A DNA stretch of 64,000 nt from Phoronis australis (Eukaryota > Animalia > Phoronida): positions 262,171-326,170 of the forward strand of contig NMRA01000421.1 of assembly GCA_002633005.1 (NCBI GenBank), read 5' to 3'. The translations under genes were made by a program, and so were the position numbers. The notes under the pieces are model-generated. The model was not told the DNA's origin. It saw only the letters and a list, made by a program, of their open reading frames with translations, and searched no databases. Numbering within the stretch: position 1 is the first letter of the stretch; each line of letters starts with the position of its first letter. Positions 1 through 12,305 of the stretch are shown piece by piece.

Positions 1-1035
1 TCTGGCCCAAATTTTCAAAAAACTAGGTCGATCATACAATGCGTTTCTTTTTATCTTCGCAGATGAGGACAGCTGAATTTGGCATGAGGGAGGAAATTTT
101 GAACTGGTTAATAGTTGAAGTCACACGTGTCTTTGGAATACGTTTTTAAGGCGGAGTAAACCCGCCTTCCATCATGACCATTTACTGCAACGATATCAGT
201 CTCAAAAGTAATCCTTAGTCAAAGGTGATTTCAAGGCTTTAAAAGAACAGTTTGCTGTTGCTTGAGATGAAGGGTGACTTAAGACTTAGGAGAGAAATTT
301 GGTCTTAAGCTCCAAACTACTATTTCTAATTTATGATGAATTTGCCCATGCACTCATAATCAGTTGCTTGTGGTCGCTTAAGGTCAAAGGTTACATTTTC
401 CATATAAGAGAAATGTGCTGCATCGAAGCCTTCCCGAGTCAAATAAGGAAACGTGCTTTGCCTTGTTGGAGAAAAATTGATGAAGTGGCGAGTAGTAGGC
501 AGATTTTTTTTAAATTTGAAACTGTAAGAAAATGCTTTGATATCAATAGATTCTGAAATTAAAAATCTTTATGAACAAACCCTAAAAATACCTGGGCAGT
601 TTGAATTCTGTTTCAGCTGTATAGAACTACTTTCAATATTGCAATTTAGTCTGCTTATCACGGTCCACGCCTCTTTAAGTCAACTCTCAAGTAAAATATC
701 CAGGCATAACAAGTTGGCTTGTCACAGCATGTCGTTATGAGCACAGGAGCACAGAGTATGGTCTCCAGTAATAAAGAATTGTCAGGTCTTTGTAAAATCA
801 GACGTCACTTTTCATCTGTATAAGGAATAATTTAAGACCAAATTTGGACCTTTTTGGATGAAACACAAGACAGTTTATATCCGTTTTAAACACCAGCGTT
901 GAAGGTGTTAATCTCAAAATGTTTTTGACCCCACACTAAAGACAGACAGGAAAGTTTTACCAAATTTGATTTACAGAACATTTTAACAATTAAATGAGAG
1001 ATAAGAAAGATGCTAAACATTTCAAACATACTCAC

Positions 1036-4000
1036 GGGAATAATCCAGGTGTCATCCAGAAAGGATGCAATCTGTAAGATATATAATAACCATTAATGAA
1101 AAATATCTGATAAAGTAGGGGGAAATAAAGAATGTGACACAGGCAGGACCAACAACAGCAAAGTAATATTAAGCTGCCAAACAAGTAAAATCTACAAATT
1201 AAAGACAGGAAACCATCTAATATTTAAATAAACAATTCTACAGACTGAGATTACTTACTCTGATGTGCAACTTAAAATTGATTTCACTAGCTTCTTGAAG
1301 TAAAGACATCAGTATTTCTACAAACAAAAAAAATAAACATAAACTAAATAAAACTTCATGTTATCATAACAAAAACACATTTCAAGTAGCAAAGGTGCCT
1401 TTCTTCTAAGTGTGACATTACTCAACTTCGTAGGAGACTAGTCCATGTCTGTACAATTATTTACTAAGTTTTTTAAAGACATTTATAGGGCCAAAACTAT
1501 GACTGCAAAGAAAAAAGGTCTTTGCCGAGTCACATTATTACAGGGTCTTAAGCATGATTTCATTTACAAGACTGGTTTCTATTGGATACCCGATTTCCAT
1601 TGGAGACCCAGAATTTATTAATTTCACCATGTCTAATCCTTCAGCTTCTATCAGAAAACACAGCTTTGACATATACCATAAAAATTCTCTAGTTTTGGAC
1701 TGTGAAAATTTTATTGTGCTCAAAGTCCGAGCTTGTACTAAATTTTAGAAATAGGCAATATTAGCCTTAGTTTCCAAATTCAAGAATTACGATCCATGAC
1801 AAACGATCATTCACCTCAGTAATACACGCTATGGAACTCATGCAAGCCTTGCATCAGTGGTCACCATAAGTGGCCACCATCAGTGGTCATTTTCAGACCC
1901 TGTTGATACAAAGTTCAGTCACTGTGTCATATATTTTATGCCAAAATCACCCACGTCCCAATCTTCAGAATCAAAAAAATTCCATTTCGGCTTAAATTTT
2001 GGTGTTCCAAATTTTACATACTGTCCCAAACTGGAGAATTTTTACCATGATACATTATTGAAAAGTACCACATAATTATTTCAACAGAGACAGCTTAAAA
2101 GATAAATTTGAACATTGATTCTAACAGCTTATCAGATATACTACCTGTCAAAAAAGACTAACAACACCTTAACAAGTACCTCTGGCAAACAATTTTTTAA
2201 ACATCAATGATTTCAATACTAGTTGAACTTAAGGGAAATCATTTCTCTTACCCAGAAGTATTTCATTTCCTATTATGGACGTGTAGTCATACCATGTCTG
2301 AAAAGCAAGCAGTTACAGTTATGCGAGTAAACAGAGTTAGTGTGAAATATATGTCATGTAACCAACAAGTGTAGAAAACATGTCATAACACAACTGTTAA
2401 AGGATGGTGATTCGTCAAATAAACATAAACTACCGACGCAAAAATGTGCAAGACTTGGAAATGTGACTGTAGATAAACCATACCTCAAGGAGATGAGGAT
2501 TCTTTTTTAAATAACAGAACGGTGCCAAAAGGGTCTTTTTCTGTAAACCCAGACGAATAAAGCAGCGTCCCTTCCCCTGGGGAGTTTTCAACTAAAATTA
2601 AAACAACATGGCTGTCAGTTAGAGACAAACACAGTTTCAAAACATAATTTACCAACTGATTCACATTTCTTGCCAGATTTACTTAAATATCTAATCAACA
2701 TATTGCTGCAATGAACAAAATGTGTGTACAAGACAAGGTCACATATTCTGACACAGTACTAGCTTTAAATACTCGTGACAATACTCCAAGCACACCACCA
2801 TATCACACTTGCTGAACAGAATCTATTAAGTTAACTCAAGCTTTGATTTCACAGTGTCTGACAAACTGACTAGTAGCTGAAAGCCGTGTCTCTCATTTAA
2901 AATAGTGTTACCTATAAAACTGTGGCCACAATCCCAAATGAGTCAAACTAAAACCCATTAGTTGAGCTGTTTGCGTCACACGACTTAGCTTTTAGCAGAG
3001 CATGAAACACAAGATATGACAAGCAGTCACTTACCCGATTAGACTTTTGAATAGAAGTAATTGTTACTGCAAATGTTGGATTTAACCTAAAACAAATAAA
3101 TCAGCAAAATACATTTAATTACAACACATTCCTTCACATTTCAGAGTACAAGAACAGTTGATACAATATTGGAAATAAAAAAATTTAAGGAAAATGTAGT
3201 GGTTGGGTGGCAAGCCAAGTAGCAGTGTTTAAATATGAAAACTTAGAAATTTAGGAGGTAGATGCAAGCCAAGGATGGGATGTGTTGAACAAGACATTGA
3301 AGTACAGTAGAACAATGCTCGTAGTCTGCCAGCCGAAACAGGATTCAAATTATCCACAGTCCAAATCACAACCTTATATGTACTCCTCAAAGAACTCTCT
3401 AAGCCCCATTTCAGGGGCCCATTCCTAGCAAGTAATAACAAATTCTACCTGAGGTGGTGGGGGTTTGTCTCTTCATCTTGTTTACCAATGTGCTCTATTA
3501 AATGCCAGTAATCCCTCTTGTTCCACGGCAGAATGGAAGACAGATCTGCAAGACAGTTAAAGACACATGCTCTAGATGATATTATGAAACTGAATAAGTA
3601 CAATTTGTTTTAATAAATTAAACAAGAGCAACGCCAAGCATTAGAATACGCCCATAACTGCACAGCAAATGGTACACTACTAGAAGATACATCTCTAGAT
3701 GCAAACGGAAAAAAAAACAAAACAAAATTGCCACAAGGGAAGTCAAACCCACCCAGAACTCAATGTCAATCATGCTGTTGTCAGTAGGAAAATAACTGTA
3801 ATTTTCTTAACGATCTCTTGAGCAGTTAGTGAATTTTTTAGAAGTATATGTTGGAGTATATGGAAACGGTTTTATTAGGGGTGTCCCATGAGTGACTTCC
3901 TTTGCTCAATACTATGTGATCACCCCTTAAACTTGCGACAAACTAATGCACATTCTGTTCTCCACACCAAAATTGTGCATTGAAAAGATATGCTTTGCAG

Positions 4001-5558
4001 TTCATAAAACGCTTAACAGCTGAGGGTCTGTGTGAGTTAAAAGTGATTCTAACCCAGAGAGGAATTTTTTAATCACAAGGAGGGACTTCTTGGCCTGATA
4101 GGCGAATTTCATGTGATTTTTTAAAACATCATTTAGTGGGGAAAAGGATCGATATCTGGTCCCAAAATCAAGACACTGAGGCCCAGTGTGTGAAGAGGGG
4201 AAATGTGTACTTAAGTAGCTTGTATACCTGAATTTGAAAACCTCTGTGGACTGAAATAGTCACTAAATGGAAGATGTTTGTAGTAGACTGCATTTCTCGA
4301 CCTTTTCTTTTGCGCTCGGAAGTATTATTGAAGTGCACCACACAATAATTAAATAAGCAGGGTCGAATCCAGGATTTTGAGTTGGAGGGTCCAGGGCAGA
4401 GTATCAGCCAGGATTTTGTCCATCAGACATTTGCACCCCCGAACTGCCAAATGGAATCTGGGGGAATTTTAGGGGGCCATGGCCCCCTAGGCCCCCCTCT
4501 GAATCCGCCACTGATAAGAATCAGATGTTTCAGGTCCTTTAGGTAATACGTAACTTCTACTCAACAAGAAGATTATGTGCAAATTAGAGTGAAACCAAAC
4601 GAACACAAAACTCCCAAAACACTGAAAACAACACATTGTGCAAGTGCATATATTGCAAGTGTTTGCAAACTACATGTTAGTTTAAAATCTCACGAGTACA
4701 TATGTTGTGACACGTTACTTCTGGGTGTGATGTGCAGCCAGATAAAGCCTCTCTCAAATAGCTTGCCAACTGGCAATTGTCTCTTGGCTGAACGGTTTGG
4801 ACCATCAGCTCTCACACGTGCAACTCGGGTTCAAGTCTCGGTGTCGGCAAACATTTCCACACATATGTATCAACTATAGCCAGTAGTTCGGCATTAATTT
4901 CAAGAGTCATACTCAACAATGACAGATTTCCATATTAGCTTACACTAAATACACACGTTTTAAGCCTTTTCTGAGTATTACTTCAATGGTCTCACAGAAG
5001 GGTTGCAAACTCGGATGGTCATCGGTAACTGGCCTTGTTTCATGCCTTAACTCAATGATATAACCTAGAAAGAAATATAAAAATGTGTCATCAAACTATT
5101 AAATATAAACAGTTGCTCTAATACCCACTAACAATCAGGGTAATGACAAAACAATAAATTACACCAGTAGAGCTCTCAGACAATCAAACAGCTCAAGAAC
5201 AGGGATGATCTTCTCTTGTCAAGCAAGTCACCCTAACACTAACAGTGGTGAGTATTAGTAGTAGGCTGCAGTTGCTAGATGTCCCTTTAAACTGAGCAAT
5301 CTTCAGTAATCGTTATTGCCTAAAGAGTCCAGAGAATACTTTATTTAGAACACCTGTGAATTTAGTTCTTATTTGTGATAACACCGGTTTGAATGAATTA
5401 GGAACTCGGCCTCCTCGGGGTCAGAACTGAGACGTATGAAGCGCCAGCCGTCAATCTAGTCAGGTAGGCATAATCATGAATAAAACAACCCACATTTTTG
5501 TAGCTCGTAGCAAAACCTCACCTTTTAAACTTTTCAGGAGAGGGTCACTTACAGACAT
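1036..5558 (-). CDS. RUN-domain protein, 5' part (8 exons in window; gene continues past the left edge)
   Basis: Exons 5558-5522, 5064-4957, 3545-3449, 3086-3035, 2591-2484, 2297-2252, 1317-1259, 1071-1036; all GT-AG and phase-compatible. Translation MSVSDPLLKSLKGYIIELRHETRPVTDDHPSLQPFCETIEVILRKGLKHLSSILPWNKRDYWHLIEH...LKTPQGKGRCFIRLGLQKK...TWYDYTSIIGNEILLEILMSLLQEASEINFKLHIRIASFLDDTWIIP shows RUN motifs (C..IE.IL..GLK, DYW, GR..IR..L, WY...S). Not in the ORF track; orthology not assignable. Confidence 0.85.
3621..3657 (-). mobile_element. Isolated 3' terminus of a HINE/Helentron-type element
   Basis: Reverse complement TATGGGCGTATTCTAATGCTTGGCGTTGCTCTTGTT resembles the 3' ends at ~10020-10049, 29474-29508 and ~54880-54914. 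Confidence 0.5.
4358..4513. mobile_element. hAT-like MITE with 5-bp TSD (ATAAG)
   Basis: Ends CAGGGTCGAATCCAG ... GAATCCGCCACTG; ATAAG on both flanks; homologous copy at 42133-42288. Confidence 0.8.
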
Positions 5559-5976
5559 TTTAATACACGAAGAATTCAAAACGCATATTTCAGAAAAGGT
5601 TTAGACGTGAACGGGTGTACAACCTGTTACCCGCAGCCCGACGTAAAGTACACGACCACCATATTTACAACGTTATGGATCAACAGATGTCGCGCGAAAG
5701 GACACGAACCTTTATGTTTAAAAGGGGTGTGAAAGTTACAATAATGTTAAAACGCTCCTATAAATGCTGTAACGTTCAATTTAAATGTTTAATAAAACAC
5801 GATTTTGCATTTAAAATTGCAACTTGAGCAATAATAAAGGAACAAAATTTGCAAAATTACTACATAAGCGATAAAATGTGAGGCCTTTGTGCTCTAAAAA
5901 TAGGCTCACCCGGTACTTGCAGTTGGCATGACCTTTGACTTAGATTAATGTTTGCCTAACCGACTGGCTAGAGAAG
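5559..5976. promoter_or_regulatory. Putative bidirectional promoter between the RUN gene and GALK1
   Basis: Start codons diverge 418 bp apart; locally CpG-richer; E2F-like GCGCGAAA at 5691-5698 and DR1-like TGACCTTTGACTT at 5929-5941. Confidence 0.6.
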
Positions 5977-8900
5977 ATGAGTGGGGCATCTCCGGAAATT
6001 AGTGTTGACCAATTAATTGCTGAAGCTACGAGTGTTTTCAAGTCAAACTTTGGTGGCGCCCCCCAGTTTGCTGCGTGCGCCCCTGGACGTGTGAATCTGA
6101 TTGGGGAACACACAGATTACAATGATGGCTTTGTACTCCCAATGGTATACGTGTTCATGCTTTGCTCCTAGTCTTTATTACTAATGATACTAGACAGCTG
6201 TATAGCCAGTGTATAGGCCCGCTGCTGACTGTCCTGCACAGTCAGGGCATCCTGTCCCCATCTTTTTTGCTCACAAGACACTTGAGCATTCTTACTACCA
6301 TTGCATTGTTCTTTCCTCTATAATGATATTTTTAGCAATTGTGATTTGAAATACTCCTCCATAATTCAGTATTATTGGCATATTAGTCTCTGTTTATACT
6401 ACAGTTTATAGGCCTATATAATTAATATATATAATTTATGTAATAGTTAGAGTATATTTTTGTAGTTTACGTTTTATGTGGACTACAGTTCGATCTTGTA
6501 GTACTCTAGAAACCAGTTCCTAGCTGTTTGTTCATCATAGTTTCAGTAGGACTGCAATACTGTTTTATCTAATATTTCCTAGCTAGGAACCACTACAACT
6601 GTAGTACAACTCCTGTGAATTTTGTAAACTGGTAAATTTTGAAACTTCACAGCCCAGTCAAACCATATGAATGACAACAAATTCCTGTTATTGTTGGAAT
6701 AGAAAGTAACTTTATAATAGTCACAATGTAACATAAAAATCAGAAGATAAACTGTAACCCATTAAACTTTTTAAGTCCTTTATTTTCTAATTGGACCTAA
6801 TTTTGGATTTTGTTATAGGCTCTCCCTCAAGTGACTGTTATGGTTGGAGCTAAGACGCCATCTGGTGTTTGCAGAGTTGTAACTACAGCCGTTAATGCAG
6901 ATGAGCCCAAGTTAGTTGAGTTTGCAGTCAACTCTGCCAGTGAACCTTTAAAGCCAGGGAAGCCAGCTTGGGCCAACTATGTTAAAGGTGTGATAGCAAA
7001 CTTTAAAGGTAGGCAACTAAATATTTGTCAGACTTTCTCAATTGTTGGTATGAAGTAGGCTAAAATCGCTCAGACTTTGGACAAAATTGCAAATTTTTTA
7101 AAATTATTTTCCAGGGACGGCAGTTTCTCAAAACATAGTCTGATAGTCGCTAAGAAGAACTTGAAAATGACCAGAGCATTTATTTGGTTCCACTAATGTT
7201 ATGAAAAAATAGAAAAGTATAGTTTCACTTGTCACAAGTTGGTGAGCTTTTCACCATACATTAAAATGTTATAAGCCATAATTGCATCGTTCTAATAGTG
7301 AGTGCAAAGCTCTAGGTGACAAGACAAAAGTATTCAGACAAAATATCCCATAATAACTCATCATGACGACTGGGCAGAAGTCAAATTTATTCTCAGAGTA
7401 GTCTTCCATGACCAAGAATGAAGGGGAATCAACGGGAAAGTGATTAAGGCAGCTCAAACCATTCTGTAATTAGAATATTGCCACCCCAATATTTAATATC
7501 TATGATATTTTAATTTGCTGTTAACAGCTGGGAAAAGGGCATTTTGTCTGATTAATTTTTGTCTTGTACTGTATTCCACAGTTTTCATTTGGTTTCTCTA
7601 TATTTAGTCTGGTGATTGTTTTTATCAGGAGAGATGTGTTCCTTTGATGCTGTTATTGTGACCTCTGTGCCACTCGGTGGTGGTGTATCAAGTTCTGCTT
7701 CACTAGAGGTCGCCACCTACACATTCCTTGAAGAGCTAACAGGATGTCTTGCTGCTGATCAAAGGTCTAAGGCTCTCGCTTGTCAAAAGGCTGAACATGA
7801 CTTTGCCAACATGCCTTGTGGTATCATGGATCAGTTCATTTCTGTGATGGGGAAGAAAGACCATGCGCTGCTTATTGATTGCAGGTTTGTATGTGATGTA
7901 TGGTGATGGCATGATGTTGGTGGTGGTAACATTGTTGGTGATGGGTATAAAACTGCTGGTGGTGATGGTGGTATTGTTGGTGATGGTGTTGTTGGCCATG
8001 ATATTGGTGACTGTTGGCAGTGCTGGTGATAATGACTGTTGGCATTGAGGATGTTGATGGCAATATTACTGGTGATGATGTGGGATTGAAGTTAAGCACT
8101 TTTTATTTATACTTTGTTATTGATGCCGGTAACACTGATGGTGCTACTAATTTTCTCACATGACCTGGAATGTGTTATGACATGACTGGTTAATAACACC
8201 GAGTACATAATTTTTTACGTGGGCAAATCAAAAAGTAGTGCGAAGTACAAATCCTTTGGTCTACATTTTATCATCTGCAAAACACTAAAACAACCAAACG
8301 CCCGCCAACCAAACAATGCCGGAATTCCGAGAAGGTGACAAGGTTATGATTGACAAACCGGGTGTTGCAACTGTACGTACTCCCTTTCGGAAGGACATGC
8401 AAACAACTTCTTAAATGGGCTGATATTTGGCGGCATATTCCATATCCACGTTCATTCAAACGGAGACAAGCCCCAACTCAAGAAACGCGACGAAACTGTC
8501 TAGCTGTGCTGTCTGAAGGTCATGCTCATGTGCGGGGAAGCTTTGCTGACTGTTATTTATAACGCTGTGTCCCCTAGTGGCAATTTCATTTTTTCCGTTT
8601 CTGTCTATTTCTCTGAAGTTCCTTGGTGGAATTTTATGAAATGTGCTAAATGCCTTTCTTCAATAAAGAATGGCATGTCCCGATTTTCGAATGGATTCGA
8701 CATATTTTGCGCCATCTAGTGGCCATTTTCACTGTTTTCTAGCTTGTTTTGGCATCCTCTATCAACCAAACCACTGCAAGGATGATTTTGAAAATTGGCT
8801 TTTATGTTTCAACTGTGAAGAGGACGGCTGATAAAGGTTTTCAGAGGACTTGGACTTCTGAGGTGCTTCCTGGTGGCAGTTTTCTTTCCTCTATGGCTAT

Positions 8901-11900
8901 ATCTCCCAAACCCTTTTCAGGATCTTTATTAAATTTGTCAAGTGTATTTATATGAAGTTGACAACAGACAACAGTGGCACTCTGTTCCCCTAGTGGTAAT
9001 TTTTTTTCGTCATCTGTATCCTTGGCAGATTTTCATGAAATTTTATTAATAGGTTCTTATTAAAGAGTCGACAGGTTCCCGTTTTCGGATAGATTGTACA
9101 GTGGCGTTTTTATTATCATGGACTTTGGCAAACAGATTTCTATAAGGAGACGTTGATGCCTTCTCATTTTCAGTTGGATTTGACGTATTCTGCGCTACCC
9201 TCTCCATCCACCAAACTGCCTGAATTATCGTTATAAAAATTTTGGGATGTGTTTCTGATGAGAAGACTGAGGGTAACATTGATTTTCGTATGTGTTCAAC
9301 TACTTTGGCACCCCCTAGTGGCAATTTAATTTTTGCCTTCACAGCTGTACCTTCTTTACCCTTTGTAAGATCTTTCTGAAATTTAGCATATGTGTTCCTA
9401 TAGAGATGGCAACAGATGACGGCCAGTTTCAGACTAATCCAAGTGGTGATTTTAGTTTTTACGTTTGCCTTCGTATGCTTTTTCATGAAATTGGGCATAC
9501 AAATTTCTATCATGAAGACGACAGCATCTATCCTTTTTGTGTTGGATTTGACTTATTCTGTACCAACTAGTGGCGGCCATTGTAATTATTGTAAAGTCTG
9601 TTTTTGTCGTCCACTTCTGTATCTGCCAAACCGAGGATCATTATGAAAATTAGCAGATGTGTTCCTACTGACAAGAGGGTGACTGACGTGGATTTTCAAA
9701 TGGGTCCAATTACTATGGTGACATTTTTTCGCATCTACGGCTGTATCTCCTAAACCCCTTGCAAGGTGTTTTTGAAATTTGCAGTTGTATTGCTATTAAC
9801 CTGACAGCAGATGGATGACTGCTGTTGTGGTTCCTACTGGCAGTTTGTTTTTTATGTTTGCCTTTGTATCTCTGGAATTCTGTGATGGATTTTCATGAGA
9901 TTTGGCAAATAATTTTGAGAGACGACAACACCTTCCTAGTTTTGGATGGGCTCAGTGTATTCTGTGTCATCTAGTGGCTATTTTTTATCCTAGAAATAAA
10001 TGCTAGAAACACACTGTTTGCGCATTTTAATGCTCCGCGTTACTCTTGTGAGGTTAGGTACTATATAGGAAGGCGATTTATGTGTGAACTTGATGTACTC
10101 TGTTGTTTGAAAAATAGTTGTTTTCCTGAGATGTATTGTAATCATTTACAACCTTTAAATGTATGGTTTTCATTTAGGTCCATGGAAGGAAGTCTTGTGC
10201 CATTACAAGACCCTAATCTAGTCATTCTGGTCACGAACTCCAATGTTCGCCATCAGTTAACAGGAAGTGAATATCCAACAAGGAGGAAACAATGTGAAGT
10301 GGCTGCTAAAGCGATGAACAAATCCAGTCTGAGAGATGTGGACAGTCAACTGTTAGAAGGTATTTATCTATTCACACTTTTGTTAGCTGCAGAAGACCAC
10401 TCACTAAAATAGGAATTTTATGGTTATTCATTGCGAAGGTATGTGTTTGTGGCATCCATATGCTGAACTGGAATTAATGATTCACAAATAATGTGTTAAC
10501 TAAGAGCGTAGACTAAAGGTGAAATTTTGTGAAAAAAAATATTTTCAGTGTATTATTTGGACAGTTGGCATGGTTATCTTAGGAATAGTATTTAAATATC
10601 AACATTTTAAAGAGTGCAGAAAAGATATGCTGTGTGTTGTGCGTTTTTGAGAATGTTAACAATTACGGACAACTCTTAAGGCCTTTAAGAAATAATAGTT
10701 ATCACTTCTTTGGCATAGCAATTCAGTTTCCTTCACTGTACCTGAAATGTACTAAAACTGTTTCAGCCTCACGGTCAATGCTAGAGGATGTTGTATATTG
10801 TCGGGCTCGTCATGTCGTTGGTGAAATAGAGAGGACAGAAGAGGCAGCAATGGCCCTACAGATTGCTGATTATGCTAAATTTGGAGAATTGATGGTGAAA
10901 AGCCATAATTCTCTTAGGTAAATAATCATTGTACACAGTGGCTGTTCTTGATTATTTTGGCTGATTTTGTTGCATCAATCGGCTAAGACATCTGACTGGG
11001 TCTCAATGATCACTTCCAATCAGATGTCTTAGCTGGTTGCCCCGGCATAACAGGTCAAGTCAATCAAGTGCAGCCAATGTGTTGTTCTGTATTAAATGAA
11101 TCTCGTAAAAAATTTGATTTCTGTCAAAAAATAGCTGAGTTCTATGTACTAATAATATTTTCATATTATTGTTACAGTATTCTTTTTGTTTAAGTTATTG
11201 TCTTAATTTTAAAAATCAAATCATCTTTTTTGACAAATATATTTTCCAGATAAATTACAGCTTACATGTCAGTTAGATAGGTTTGACACAATTTTATTTT
11301 ATCATGGAATTTTATGTTTTATATTTTGGTCTTTGCTTACTACAAATCTGCAAAACAAAGTGGGGTCATCACTGAAAGGCTTTTTCGAAGAGACAGTATG
11401 GCTTAGTGGTTTCAGCTCCGGGCTCTCGTTTGGGATACCAGGGTTCAAATTTTGGCTTCACTGACAGACAATCGAGCATAGCACAACAGTTTCCCCTCCT
11501 CTGAGTTGGGTCTTACTATTTATTGTATGCAAGGGCGTGAATGAGAACCTAGATGTAATGCAAAAACGATTTCTGAGGCTGTGCTCATATTATTAAAAGA
11601 CTTTTTCACCTTGCAGAGATGACTACGAGGTGTCATGCAGTGAACTTGACCAACTAGTAGAGTTGGCCATAGCCGTGCCTGGTGTGTACGGGTCAAGAAT
11701 GACCGGGGGAGGATTTGGTGGATGTACTGTCACTCTAGTCTCTGCTGATGCTGTTGAGAGGACCATAGATCACATCAAGGTACCATACTGTCTTTGACTT
11801 GTGTTTATTAACATCTTAACAATAGCACTGGTTAACATTTTGTACACAAACATGCTGAAAATATTCACATTTTGTGAGCAACTCCATTCCCAGACTCATA

Positions 11901-12305
11901 GTCCCCATGTATGGAGTTTGGTCACTAGGTGTGGAGTACTTTCAGCAAACGTGTGTAATTTAGGCTTTAAAATTTGTACCACCAGTTTACTGTCTGTTGG
12001 TCCATGCTTTGCTGTCTGCTGGTTCGAGGTTAGGAGATAGGTTAGGAGATCAAACACAGAATTTTGAAGTGCAGCTATCAGATATAATCTTCTGCGTTTT
12101 GTAGACATTTAATTAAAAATGTTGCAGTCACTACAAAGAGTGATACATAGCGGGTTAGGGTGACATTGTGAATATATGTCAAGACTTAGTCTGTTGTTTA
12201 AACACTATCTGTTACATAGAATTTCTTTTTCAGTCCAAGTACACTGGTTCTGCGACTTTTTACGTATGTCACCCATCAGATGGAGCAAGGCCACTGAAGC
12301 TCTGA
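5977..12305 (+). CDS. GALK1: Galactokinase (GHMP kinase), 7 exons, 393 aa
   Basis: Exons 5977-6144, 6819-7008, 7629-7884, 10178-10359, 10767-10917, 11617-11779, 12234-12305 (1182 nt, in frame, TGA stop). Motifs [78 protein letters not shown]. Confidence 0.97.
7895..8085. repeat. Degenerate (GGT/GAT)n low-complexity tract in GALK1 intron 3
   Basis: Repeated ggtgat/gttggt/gatggt; explains the spurious His-, Val- and Thr-rich ORFs. Confidence 0.8.
8540..10049 (+). mobile_element. HINE/Helentron-type non-autonomous element with internal tandem monomers (copy 1; 5' end approximate)
   Basis: Diverged monomers (CCCTAGTGGCAATTT, GCGCCATCTAGTGGCCATTTT, ATGAAATTTGGCA) and 3' end CGCATTTTAATGCTCCGCGTTACTCTTGT shared with 28425-29508 and 54170-54914. 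Confidence 0.75.
11393..11555 (+). mobile_element. Probable tRNA-derived SINE relic
   Basis: A-box-like TGGCTTAGTGG (~11398) and B-box-like GGTTCAAAT (~11442) at tRNA-like spacing; no intact cloverleaf. Similar head at ~18913-18970. Confidence 0.45.

Noticed and set aside
146-678. Kolobok/piggyBac-like element flanked by TTAA
   Set aside because: Putative TIRs are too degenerate and TTAA is frequent in this AT-rich DNA.
7736-8099. His/Gln-rich, Thr-rich and Val-rich ORFs
   Set aside because: Translations of a (GGT/GAT)n low-complexity tract inside GALK1 intron 3.
9046-9646. 155-aa and 76-aa ORFs, with similar ORFs at 28966-29185 and 54348-54606
   Set aside because: Chance frames in the non-coding HINE monomers; frames are not conserved between copies.
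11393-11470. tRNA gene
   Set aside because: Has A/B-box-like motifs but no acceptor-stem or anticodon-arm pairing; better explained as a SINE head.
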